Made by a program: the position numbers and the translations under genes. Shown here one piece after another: positions 13,501-26,262 of a stretch of 64,000 bases of DNA. The stretch is taken from NCBI GenBank assembly GCA_043228905.1, contig JBHGNT010000001.1, positions 15,438,001 through 15,502,000 on the forward strand, given 5' to 3'. The notes under the pieces are model-generated. The model ran no database searches. It saw only the letters and a program-made list of their open reading frames with translations, and was not told the DNA's origin. This DNA comes from Azolla caroliniana (taxonomy: Eukaryota; Plantae; Polypodiophyta). How positions within the stretch are numbered: position 1 is the first letter of the stretch; each line of letters begins with the position of its first letter.

Positions 13501-15280
13501 ACATCTGAAAACTCCTTGTATTTCTCTGGTAGTTTAATATTCGCTTCACGTGAAGTGGATGATGGAGTTGCTATTATTGCGAAGACGAACATGGCCTCGT
13601 TCCCCCCTTCCTCCCGCAATTGTCGTAAAGAGATGGGCGATAACTCCAGGGATCTATTAGCACATGTAAGAGAGAGGGATGCGGGATTTGTGCTTTTTTC
13701 CCGGGTCTCCTGAATTGTTCTTTTCATCCAATCAATCTTCGGGTTATGGAGTTCAAACCAGGGGAGACCTCGAACTATTGGGTGATCCGGACTACGAATA
13801 ATATTGAAAGAGATTACGCTTGCCGAATTGCCAAGAACTATCCTAATTGGCTCAGACTCCTCGACTATATCTCCTGATGCTATGGGACGTCCATCAATGA
13901 CTCCTAAGGCTACTTGACTGGGAAGCTTATTCAAGAGGATGTTTTGTGACAAGGCAAATTCACGATCCATGAAACAAGAGTTGGCTCCAGAATCTAGAAG
14001 GGCAGAGGCTAGGACTCGATGACATGTAGATGTGGTAAGCTCAACTTGTGCTGAAAAAACTCGACTCACTTGATTTGATGAAATGGAACCACGACTAGGA
14101 ACTAACTCTACATAGCTAGGATGGTCCAGCCAAATGGCTCCTATTTTGGCCGGACTTACTCGTTTAACACATCCTCTAATTGACTCAAGACATCGAATCT
14201 ATTCTCATGACATGGACTATGAGGCTTATTTATGTTATTAGAAGTAACAATAGAACTCGATGTAGGGTTTTCATGGGCACTTACTTGGTATACTTGACGC
14301 CTAGGTTTATGTGGACAATTTACAGCTATATGTCCTGGACCGCCACAATACAGGCAGAGGCGATGCGCTCGACGTCGTTGCTTCTCAGCATCTGATAACG
14401 GCCCACGACGTTGTGTTGACTCTATTTCCATCAGAGTTGGGCCATCCCTTGTAATGGGTCTAGAAACTTGTGGAGGCGTTGCGACTACGGAAGCGTAAGT
14501 CTACTCAGGTTGGTGGCGTAACATTTGTTGGCGCTCAGAACGTCGCTCAAATAGGCGATTATCACATCGCACAGCTCGACTAATGGCTTCTGTAAGTGAC
14601 TTCGGATCTTCAGGGAAAGTAAGAAGAAGATCTTTGACATCATTTCTCAAACCTTGACGGAATTGATCCATTAAAGCTGCCTCATCCCAAGGGATATCGC
14701 ATGCCAAGAGACGGAACTCGGCTGCATAAGACGACGTGAGATGATCTCCTTGTCGGAGCCTTCGAATCTTGTTTATCGCTGTCCTAATGCTGTCCGTGTC
14801 TCCGAAACTAGCTTGAAACTCTTTAACAAATGCCTCGAAATCCTCCAGCAATGGCGATTTTTTCTCGAGAAGTGGTGCGAACCATGCTAATGCCGTACCG
14901 CATAGCAAAGTTCCCACTAATCCCACACGAGCAGCATCAGTTGGATACCGATTGGGATGTAGCCGAATAACTAGACGAACTTGATTCAAAAAGCCTCGAA
15001 ATAAAGACCTCGTACCATCAAACTTGGCAGGGAGGCTGATCTTTGGCTCTCTAGGGGAGTTCTGAGCTCCCGACGCTTGCTCTCGTAATGACAATATAGT
15101 CGCCTCAAGTTGATGAACCCGCTATGATAACTCTTCATATTGTTGAGCTTTTTCGGCGCTCACGTGTTGTAGATCTCCAAGTAGCCTTTGATTCTCATGC
15201 TCTAATGCCACAAATTTATTCGCGAGCATGTCGAGCTCAGAAAGAACACGCATGTATTCTTGTATGCTCACGGACTCCAT
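10514..15280 (-). pseudogene. Chromovirus B gag-pol (PR, RT, RNaseH, integrase, chromodomain) with stops and a frameshift
   Basis: Gag CLYCGGPGHIAVNC; protease LLDSGA; RT YLDDILI; RNaseH DASDFALG; integrase HHCC + DDE + GPY; chromodomain EFEVAAVLDSKIVRNKLYYLVDWLGY..TWEP. Confidence 0.93.
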
Positions 15281-16043
15281 AGCTTATGAGGGGAGAGGAG
15301 AAGGAAGAAGAGAACTAGTTAGGGTTTGTGGAAGACGAAGAGATGAAAGGAAAGAAATTGGTTCAAACTGTCAAGACTGAGAGAGAGAAAGAGAGAGAAA
15401 AAGAGATAGAGAGATAATTGAAAGAGAATTATTATATTGAAGCGTAAAATGGATTACAAAGAGTAGGCTACAAAATGGCGTTGAACCAATTTAGGTTTGG
15501 GATGGGTGGTAGATCCCTATTTATAAGTAATAGAGAACACTCTAGAATATTCTAGGTTATCCTAGAATGTAGAGTAATCTAGAAGATCTCTAGAGTATTC
15601 TAGAAGGTTCTAGTGGTATAGAACACTCTAGAATATTCTAGGTCATTCTAGAATGTAGAGTAATATAGAATATTCCTATGATATTAGATTTCATATTCTA
15701 GAGACTATACATATAAAACACTGGGTCATTTGAAACAGGTAATATGTCGCATTATGAAAACACTACGTCGAAAAAGGGCACAAAAGCACGCAGTTTTCAA
15801 AAAGACACGATGCATGCGTAAAGCTTTTCAGAAAAGGTGGCAAAATATATTGAATTTCAACATGACTACCACTTTGAGGCATAAGTAAAATGCCTCCAAA
15901 ATTACATCACCAAAATTACAAAATAATGTACAACATGTCTACCAGTTACAATTATACATATTCGTGAGTTTACATCCAAAACAAATTTATAAAGTTTCCG
16001 ATCATGTAGTAAAACAATCCCCAGCTTGAACCAAACCAATATA

Positions 16044-18699
16044 TTAAGACATGTCTGATGGACTAGAAGAGCATTCTGATGTCTCATCGTCATCATCAGT
16101 GGCAATCAAAGCATTATCCTCATCCAATTCCAACCCAACATCTTTGTGGTTATGAGAATTGCTTCTGGTTATTCTCTGTATTTCGTTTGACACCATGTTT
16201 GGGATTTTCTCCTTTATTATCTTGATAGTTGCTTGTCTTAGGTGACCTGATTTTGTCAATGAGAGAGCAACACGGTCTAGTGCGAGAGTAGCCGTGCTCG
16301 GTATATTCTTTCTTCTTCTCTTTCTGCTTGAACATCCGACATCCTTAACCATCTCTAAAGAATACTTTCCTGTAAATGCATCAGGTGAAGTTGTCTGATA
16401 CCAGTGGACTACTATTGACTTTGTCTGACTACTTTCTTCATCCCTTACTAATTCAATAATTTTTGCAATCCAAAATGGATGGCCCAAGGTATCGTCCCCT
16501 ACTAATGTTGCAACCAACATTCCCACTTGTAGTTCTTGCAAATTACCTTGCCATCTTGCCTCAACAGTACGTGACTTTCTTGGTCCCACATAAATATCTC
16601 TTTGCAGTGGCCGAACTAAATCATGAAGCTCCATATTATTCGATTGTTGGTGATGAGTTTGCGATATCGTTGATGTCATCCCAATGTTCCATGTGAATGG
16701 GATACGGATTGGCCATAAACCGGCGATGTAATTATCTAAAATGGTGCGTTGATGGGTGAAGAAAATCTCCCACCATTCAACATCCTCATCACCGGCATAC
16801 TTCTTAGTCCGATCAATATTATTTTGTTTCTCTGCTAGTCATCTCAACCAATATGCCCTTTGTTCATCAATAGTACTATTTGGTGCTACATTTTTACGAT
16901 CATCATATGGCATTTGTTGTGCACCATGTAGAGGTTCATCTGGGATATGAAGAAGGAGCCTACAACCTTCTTGGGGCTCCCATTGTGCACTAGATGAGTA
17001 TTGTTTCGCAAACAACACCGTCATCTTGAGGTGGGACGATCTTTGTTTTATGAGGAAGACATGGTTTAAACTTATATTATTAAGAGGTGCAAGCACCCTA
17101 CCTTTAGTCCCGTCACTATCCATGCAGAAACGTTTAAAGTCGTATACTTCTTCCAAGTGTTGTACTTCAGGCTTTGGTGTATATGCTTCACTAATCAATT
17201 TGGATAGCGTGGGAAGTGTGAAAGCATTACAACGAGCAAGTTTCTTTGAGAACCTACTAAACATTTGATCTTTGTGATCATGGGTATGACCAACCAATAA
17301 GAAGTTAACCTTTATCTTTTTAAATATGCCCCTCTCTACTAGCATGCTTAGATAGCCGAAGACAGTTGAGTTCTTATTCTCTCTTGCTGTGTTGTCTAGT
17401 TGCACATAGAGAACTGGCGGGAGTATACCTGACCATGATTGCAATACCCTGTGCATGACAATGACAGTAAGATTAGGGTCGTTGTGGATATTGGGATAAG
17501 TTAAGAACACTTGCGGTCTTATAGTTTGACAATATGTCAAACAACCCACTAGATGCATTTGCACGAGATACTCATCTCCAATATCCTTGGGGAGTCTTTG
17601 AAAATGCGGCAAACAAGTTTTCTTTTGATCCATGCCGTCAATAATCATGCACATATACTTTTCGGGAGATTGAAACGCTTTTTGTCGGTGATGCATAGCC
17701 TTAGTACGTTCCAATGCCTGACTTTCACGATGTTCTTTTAACAGGTTCTTGTAATTCTTGAGCTCTACATCTGATTTTCCACCCTTGGCCATACTTTTTA
17801 AACTCGCACATATTGAGCAGACTCCCATTCGCACCTTTCATGGGATAACCACGTTATTAAATTGTAACCTCCATAGCCGATTAAAATGCTTGTACTGTAT
17901 GTAAGGCTCAACATCGGAAGACATGTCGTCCTTGTACGATTGGTAAACTTCCCTTCGAGTAAAGTTATCTGACAAATGAAGTCTTCCTGTCGTTGGCATA
18001 ACTTCGCACTGTTTTGAAAAATATACTTCCATCCACCTAATTGCCTGTTGCCCAATTTGACCCTTACATCCAGAACCATTTTGATCGAACTGTAGCCAGG
18101 AGCCCTTCAGAAGTCGCTCTTGAACTCGTTGCAGCCGCATATTTCCAATGCTATGAGTGATTTTAAAAGCTGCTCGACAACACTTGGTATTTAGTCCAAG
18201 GAAATATTCAACTTGCGTTGAATTAGGCCCTGCTTTGTGATCCAATTTAAGTTGCATATGCGAAAGAAGAAATGTATCTTGCTCTTCCCCATTAAGAGAC
18301 AAGTATTTTTGTCGTGTTTCACGTAACCTTGACTGTCCATAAGTATAGACAGAGATTCGCACAACACGATTTGTTCAAGTCGCATAGAAGTTGACGATCA
18401 GAACATAAAAAATTAAATCTCTTTTCACTAACTTGTCGAGGAACTCTTTTAAATGCTAGAGGTTTAGTAATGCTATTGTTATCTATCGACGAAGAATCAT
18501 CCGCTTGTAAGCTTGCATGAAGAGGGCCATCAACAGGATCAATTGAAAACAGAGAATTCGAAGTACTAGGAGCCACACTTTTCTATTTAAGCCGCGAATG
18601 TTTTTTGTGGTCGCACTCTTCTATTGAGAAATACGAGTTGTTTGACAATGAAAAGGGGGCAATAGAAAAAAGAGATGTTCTACTTGTAGAAGAAGACAT
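16044..18699 (-). pseudogene. Sola-like DDD transposase (~885 codons; 3 in-frame stops and 1 frameshift near 18345)
   Basis: Cys-rich N-terminus (CC..LC, CCRAAF, CSIC). RNaseH-fold motifs IIDGMDQ, LYVQLDNTARENKN and FLLVGHTHDHKDQMFS. ORFs 17838-18362, 16839-17834 and 16044-16679 are in the same frame, separated only by TGA codons. The superfamily call rests on the 4-bp TSD and the DDD-like triad. Confidence 0.8.
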
Positions 18700-19134
18700 T
18701 TGAGGGAGTCTAACTGTATTCTAAAACCTTCTTTTGAGAAAATTAAGGAATGCTAAAGCCTAACTATATAACGACCCGAACACTTAGATTAACTATATTA
18801 TTTTCCGACATTTTTCTAAAAAACAAATAATTAAAAATTATTTTTTATTTTAAAAGGAATGCTAAAGTCTTCTATATAAAGAGGTTAGAAATTTCATTTT
18901 CATTATCACGTGAAAGAATCCATCGAGCTCAGAGCACAGGCCAATTTTCGAGCACTCAGAAGCACATCGTCGACAACACTACCTCCGGCACGAATCATGA
19001 ACAAGGGAAAGAAAATTGTCAAGTTAGTAATATTCTTTACATTTTTTAAGATTCCTAAAGATTCCTTAAAGATTCCTTTCCTCAACACATAGAAATTTTA
19101 TTTTATTTTGTACAACGAACTTGGAAAGCAATTC

Positions 19135-19240
19135 TGAAAGGCAGGACCTTCAACGAAAAACCGGTGCACTGCATCGGATTTTCGTTGAAGGTCCTACCTT
19201 TCAATGCAAATCCGATGCACTGCATCGGATTTTCGTTGAA
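19135..19240. repeat. Near-perfect 69-bp palindrome plus a partial second copy, in intron 1 of the ParB-MTase gene
   Basis: tgaaagg-c-aggaccttcaacgaaaa-accggtgca-c-tgcatcgga-ttttcgttgaaggtcct-a-cctttca (19135-19203), then aaatccgatgcactgcatcggattttcgttgaa. Confidence 0.9.
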
Positions 19241-22200
19241 AAAAATGTTGTTTTTGCGATAAAAAACTATCGCATGGGACCATAAAATTGACGTAATTTA
19301 GATGATAATTTGCGTGATTTAGAAAAAATTGTACGTTGTTTCTATGTTTTCACCAACGTTTTTAATTTCAGTGAACCCAGACAAAAAGTTCCTTCATTTA
19401 GATTGAAGATTCGATCTCCGACAAAACGAGATTCTGGCTCCTTCATGAAGGACACGAGTAAAAAGATTTTATTTGACTCAACGGGGGAAGGAGGATCCAA
19501 GTCATCTGTGGCTACTACCAAAATCAACAAAGGTAGTACGCAAGAGGAGAAAACGGTTGAGGTGAAATATAAGGATTACCCCGAACTTGAATGGTGTCTC
19601 TCCTATGTCGAGGAGGATGGGGTGTTGTTATTGATAACAGCAAAATCGGACGGGGAAGGGAAACTTCAGCTTGGAAAAACATTTAATTACGGGCATGTAA
19701 CCAAGCTAGAGTACGAAGACATTGACTCTACAAGTATTTTAATCGACGTCTCAAGCTTAGTTGGCAACAGGCAATTGCGACTTGACGAGGGAAACCTAGT
19801 ACTCGAATCTTGCAATCCCAAGGCTTTGCGTAAAGACCTGCAAACGAAAAATAACTTGTTGGTAGCTCTTCGGCCGTACGTGACAGGAGAGATGATGACC
19901 GATGAAGCAGAAACTCCACCGAAAAATTCTAGGAAGACAAATCCTGTTCAAAAGAAATATACTAAACGACCACGACCCGAAGAAGAAGAAGAAGAAATAT
20001 TAGAGTTCGTGGAAGAAGAAGACGACCAACAAGTCGACGTCATGGCTCCAGGCGGACAACTATCTTCTGGTGTCCTGATGTTAGAACAAAATAAAATAAG
20101 AGAAAATATTGTGAAGACTAAACTTGTGCGCAGGGGCCAGCTATTTCATTTGCCCATTACTTCTATCCAAAGGCCCCCCATTGACCCCGTGACTGGAAGA
20201 CGTCCCCTGGAAATTAGGGAGCCGCACTCCGTCCATGTGCAAAGCCTGAAAAGCAAAATGAAAATCAATCCTCACGCTACTGTGGTGCCATTTTTGGTAA
20301 TGGTTGATCAAGAACAATGCCCAACAGTAGCAGATTTCAAGTATAGCTCTGCAGACGATTACACATACTATGTAATCGGAGGATCACATTCGGCCGAAGC
20401 TTGACGACAGCTTGTCAAAGAATATCCTTTCACGCCGTTCTTCAAGTACGCCGAATGTAAGGTATATGCAGGACTAACTCATGAGGAGGCGAAGCTGCTC
20501 GCATGGGACCATAACAATGACAACGATTATAGGCAAAAGATGTCATGTATAGAGAGGATAAGATTTTTTCATCATGAATACCTGGATGCCTTGAATCGTT
20601 TTGGTCCAAGATTGTGGCCTGGATTGCGACGCTAGTGTTTATTGGAAGTGGGGATTGCAGTGGATGAGAGTACCAAATCCGAAGGTCTCCGAAAATATGA
20701 TTCTTGGTTTCAACTAGCTTTTCGGACCGGAGAGGTGTGGGATCTCCAAGACAAAATATTCTCTATGTGGGACCGGAAAGAAGTCAAGGGGCAAAGATAA
20801 AAAAAAGGGAAGAATTGATCCACAAGTTGAGATGAAATCAAAGACGAAGGGAAAAAGCGACTTTGTAATCGAGGAGTTAGCAGAGGACATGAAACTTTTA
20901 CCTTGGAGATCATTACAAGGTATCAAAGATGATAGATTGTTAATATCCGTGCTATCTCGAGTGGTCGCCAAGGAATTTAGTTTGGACGAGATGGTAACAG
21001 ACTTGCAAAAGTAAGTGTTTATAGTATACCTTTTCATGAAAGTCTTCAATTATTTTGAATGTCTTATTTCTAATTTCATATTGATTGTGCAGTCACAAGG
21101 TATACATGAAGATTCAGGAGTTGATGATGCAAAAACTGAGTTTACCGACATGGGAAGAAGTTGAACAAGCCTGCCCGATAACTTCTTCCTACAAGGCATT
21201 GGAGGAATATTTTATTGTATTTAGAGAATGGGTATGTGTCTTTTGAATGTTGATATGTTAGAAACTAATGTTCCCTACTAACAACAATGACACTTGTAGA
21301 AACCATCAAAATCGAAAAAGAACAACGACAATAATGACGGTATTCCAGCGGCCTTCATCACGCACTTAGAACGTGCGAAATATGAGAAGAGAATGACCAA
21401 AGGGAAGGAAATGGAACTGCCCGAGGATTCGGAGACTGTAAAGAGTTTTTTGCATAGGTCCGATCCTTTCAAACTGCTTCATTATAGTGTTTTCAATGGC
21501 GAAGTATCCCAGATGCTCGAACTGTTACCAAGAAGGCACTACACTTTGCTGATAGCTGACATACCATATGGTTTCTGTATTGCGGGATCAACATATGATG
21601 ATGTGCCTTTCAAGTACCCTCAGATCGAGAAAATGGTAAAGGATTTCGCAAAACTGACATTGGCCCCCTTGTGGAGGGTAGTCATATTTCATAGCATGTG
21701 GCAATCACTGTCAGTCACAACAGCTTTGAAGTCCCGTTGTCATGCCACTGAACACATGCATTGGTGCGTTATAGTTCGCTTTCACTCATTACAGTACTTC
21801 TTATTATATGTACACATTTACACCTCTAATACTTGATTTTCTTTCTCTATAGGATCAAAACAAATATTACACGTAGCCCTGGCGATCGAATGGTTAGTGC
21901 GGTCGAACATTTTTGTGTGGGCTACTATGATTCAATTACAAAGAAGAAGGCTAGAGCACATGTCAATGAGCGTAACGTGGTTAACTACATCATGTGCCTA
22001 GCTGTAACCAAAATATTAAGACATGTGTCAGGGGATAAAAGTATGGTGAACCCTTATCAAAAACCTCAAAGATTGATCAACCGCCTCATAGAGCTCTTCT
22101 CGAATCCAGATGATTGGGTCTTAGACTTGTTCTCTAGCACAGGTATAATATATATATTTAATTTCAATCCTGTCGATCAAGTTTAAGATGTTACTTCTTA

Positions 22201-22870
22201 TATATACTTGTTTGTGTTCATGCGACCATTAGGTACAACGACAGCTTGTGCATTGAAGATGTTTAGAAACTGTGTTGCATTGTAGAAGGACCCTGCTCAA
22301 GTTAACTTCATCAAAATGAGGATCATAGGAATCTGGGACTGTCCAGATCAGGATCAAGAAGTCGGAGCAAAACACATCAACAAGACAGAGATGTTCCAGA
22401 TGACTTCACGAGAACCAATGGAACCAATTGTGTTGGATGTCTGGCCGGACTAGCCTCAACACAGGTGTCTATCCGACACTTCTCCAAAGGGGTGGTAAGG
22501 GTTGGATGCTAGGTTACACGCGTAAGATGATTACAATTAAGCACAGACGGTAAACAATACGAGATACAGATAAACACGCAATAATTACTATTGTATTACT
22601 TCCCTCAAAACCCTTTACAAATCATCGGATCCTTTTATAGGCATCCGGCAAGGTTACAATCGGTGCGCTTAGGCAACCGACATCCGAATCGGTCCGGATC
22701 CGGATCGGTACAACTGTACCGGATCCGTCCCTCCGAATAATAATTCTGCTATTATTTACTTCCTATTATCCGATCCGATTCCGCCTTCCCACTTGTCCTT
22801 GCTCTTCTGACCGGCCAACACATGGCACGCCCGTGGGAAAGTGCCTTGCACTTTGAATCCACTCCCGGCC

Positions 22871-25786
22871 TCAGTCTTCCTCCAAAATATCGAGCACACT
22901 CTGCTCGATGGTGTCAAGTGGTGCTTCTTCCTCCTGTTCCTGTTCCTTGCCTGCTTGGTCTCCGACCTCCGGTTGGGTGGGCTGTTCCGTAAAAATTTGC
23001 TGCTCCGGCTCTGCTTGATTCTGTTGTGCCGGTGCTTCCTCACCGCTTCGTCCGGGTTCTTCCTGTTCTCCCTCCGTTCCTGGCTCTGTTCTGTTACCAG
23101 TGTCGCTTTCTCCGGTCTCGACTGGTCGACTCGATATGCCTCCTTCCTCTGCTCTGGTGTCTTCCGGTCTCAGCTCTTCTTCTTCTCCGGCATCGGTCTG
23201 CTCCTACTCTTCTTCAAGTTCTTCTTTGGGTATTCCTCGTCGGGGTTGTTCGGTGTCGGTTGGTTCATCTTCAGCCGGTCGCTCTCCCTCACTTATCGTG
23301 ATTGGCGTCGTTCTTCCCTTAGCTTCCTGTCGTAACCGGTCCTGCTCGTATCTCTCCAACTCCAACTGAGTTGCGAGCTGCCCGTCATCCAACCTCTCTA
23401 CCAACCCTCGGATTTCTTTGAGGTGTTCTTCTGCTAAAGTGTAGAAATCCTCCGACAATTCTTCCCGAATGGCGACGATACTTTCTTCATCCATCTTGTA
23501 GAACTTGTCACCGGTCTTCCTCCGATTCTCGGCATCCGTTCGGAGTGTCTGCAGCTCGGCTGCCTGTTGTGACCACTCCTTCCATAGCTTTTCCATACTT
23601 TCGTTGATGCTTGCCTGAGCTCGGGTACTCCATCCTGACATGATGAGCTTGATCCGGTCAACCCCTGCCTTAGCATGCGCATAAGCTTCCTGCTTTTCCT
23701 TCCTTGCCTGTTTTATAATGTCGGCCATTATCTGAGCCTGGGCCTCGTAATCCGCTTTCTGCTTTTCATAGGTACTCTACAGTTTGCTGATCGTGAAGGT
23801 CGATTTTTCCTTTTCTTCATTCCTGATCTTGGTCAGGTCCAGCTTTTTCCGCCTTAGCGCCTCTAATTCCTTCCTTCTCTCCGTTGCTTGGGCTATTTCC
23901 GCCGACAATGCTTCCTTGTTGGCACTGACCTCATCCATCGCCTTAGCCAGGTCTAATCGGGTCTCTTTGAGCTGTTCTTTCAGCTTCTCTATTTGCCGGT
24001 CGTAGTCTGCTGCCCGTTTTTTGTTGTCCGACTCGGCCTGCTTGTGATCTCGGTAGAGACGGTCGAAGTCCTCCGTCTTCTGCTTCAGGCATCGGTTTGC
24101 CTGAGCTCTTAACCGATCATCCCGGTCCTTCTGTTGTCGGAGTTCTTCCTGCAGTCGTTCTATCTCTTGCTCGGCATGTCGACGTAGTCGGTCCTTCTCC
24201 TTTTGCAGCTTCTCTTTTTCTTCTTGCAGTCGGTCATTAGCAGCTCGACCTTTCCGGAGGCCTTCTTCCATTTTTCGTCTGTCGTCCTCCACCGCTTTCC
24301 GCTGCTCCCTTTCTCTTTCCCTTAATGCCTCCTGAGCTTTTAATTCCTCTCGTAAGGTTTCTATTATTTTTTCGGTCTCAGGGCCGGTTTGCAAGGCTAC
24401 CGGTTCCGGTTCCGGTTCTGGTTCCGGTTCTGGTTGCTTCCTTGTTGTCCCGACCGGCTCGGTGACAACTTGTGCTTGTTGAATTCCTTCCCTTGCCTGC
24501 AATAGCTCCCCTTGCATTTCCTCGATCTGTGTTCGGAGCGCGACCAACTCCTGAGTTGTTGTATGCGTCAGCTGTTGCCTACACGTTTCTTCTTTTTCTA
24601 ACTGGTCCGCTACTCCCGATAACTGCTCCGAAAGCCATCTCAGCCATTGTGGCTTTGTTCTTCCGGTGTCGAGGTGGCCTTGCTCACTTAACTCAGGCTG
24701 ATTTTCCGGCCTCTTCTCTGGCTCCGGCTCCGGCGCTTGTTCCTTCTTCTTCTCTGGGATGACCGGTTCTCTGAAGTCCGGCCCAACCGGTGTCGGTGCT
24801 GCTTCCCTGGGTACGGGTTCCGGTGCTGTTTCCGCCTCGGCTACTGGAGATGGTCCTTGCGCCCTCTGCAGAGTTCTGTCCACTGGTGGAGCTGGTCCTT
24901 TCGCCCGTTTCTCCCAACCTTGTCTTGCTGGGAGTCTTACCAGTGGTTCGGATGAGTCTTCTGTTTCAGCTTCCTCCTCCGGTGCGGTTACCAGACGGAC
25001 CTTTTGTATAAAGACCTCTGGTTCCGGTTCCGGCCGTCGCAGCGTTATATGGATTGGTTTGCGCGCTACCGGTTCCTCCTCGGCCGATTTCCCTTTGCCT
25101 TTACCTGCCGGTTTTGCTTTTGTTGCCGGTTCCTGTTGCTGTCGGGATGGTCCTTCCCCCTGCTGTTCTGCTTCTTGTTGGGTCCATCCGGGGGTGTGTT
25201 TCTCCAAGATCTGTCGGCGCTTTGTGACCTTTTTCGGCGTCGTCTCCTGCCGACCTCTTTTCTTTTGTGTGATGGGGAGCACCGGTGGGACTAACACCAT
25301 TAGCCATTGTGCTATCCCGGCCCATGACTTTTTTCCTTCCGCAAGATTTTTGATGGCCTCCTTCAATCCTTCGGTTATGAAATGGAGCCAGTCTATTTGT
25401 AAGCCTTCGTACGCTGCTATTAAGAACGTTGCCCGGTACTTGGCTATGGCCGGGGGACGGGGATTCACGAATCCGTATTCCATCATGGCGCGGGCCACTT
25501 CTCCGAACAACAGGTTCTCTCCGCCCTGCGTTCGATACGCCTTGTTGCTGATAGAGTACTCCCCGAAATATTCGAACAGGATTTCACTTGAAGGGTTTTC
25601 GATTGTTTGAAGTCCTCCTGCTTTTATCCCCGTGAGCGCCTGCACCGCTCCTTCCGTGACTTCTGATATATCGATCGATGTTGCCGCCTGCTCTGGTTCT
25701 GCGTGTGGTGGAGGGTCGGCGATCTGCAGCAATCCTTTTAACCCGTTCTCCCTCATCCATTGGCGTGCCTCTTCCGACAGTACCAT
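22871..25786 (-). pseudogene. Element C additional ORF (coiled-coil, acidic; env-position ORF), ~970 codons with two internal TAG stops
   Basis: ORFs 23777-26200 and 23204-23728 and the stretch down to TGA at 22871 share one frame. Likely start MVLSEEARQW at 25786. Long heptad-like EKR-rich segment. Confidence 0.7.
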
Positions 25787-26262
25787 TGTTTCGAATTCTT
25801 CTTCTGCTGCCGGTTGTTCGGGATCGCGCTGTGTGTGCTCTGTGCGTCGGGTCGCTCTTCTGTGCTTCTGCGCCTGTATGTAGGAAAATTCGTAAAAAGT
25901 GAGCCCTTTGCAGGCCTGTGTCTTATATAGTGGGTTGTGCCTCGAGCCGCCCTTTTTCGTTTCCAGCGCATGTTCCTCTCCCGCCATAATTAGTATGTCC
26001 TTTCTTGTTTGCCGCGTGTGAGTGCCCATGTTCCATGCTTTAAATAGCAAGTACGCGCACGTCCTGCATGGCGCCTCTTCGTTGCATGGTGGCGTTCCCA
26101 CCTCTTGTGATCTCCCCATCATTACTATGATTCGCGTCGATTTTGCCCACATCTTCTTTTTTTTTCTTTTTCTTTTTTTTCTTTGTTTGGACCACGTCAT
26201 TTGCTGGTCCCCCCCGATTTGTTCGGGTTGGTTCGTGTGGATACCAGATCCTTCTGTCGGTT

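Noticed and set aside
15719-15723. CACTG near the left end suggesting a CACTA/EnSpm element
   Set aside because: The empty site shows the element starts at AACAC with a 4-bp TSD, not 3 bp, and the transposase motifs are not Tnp2-like.
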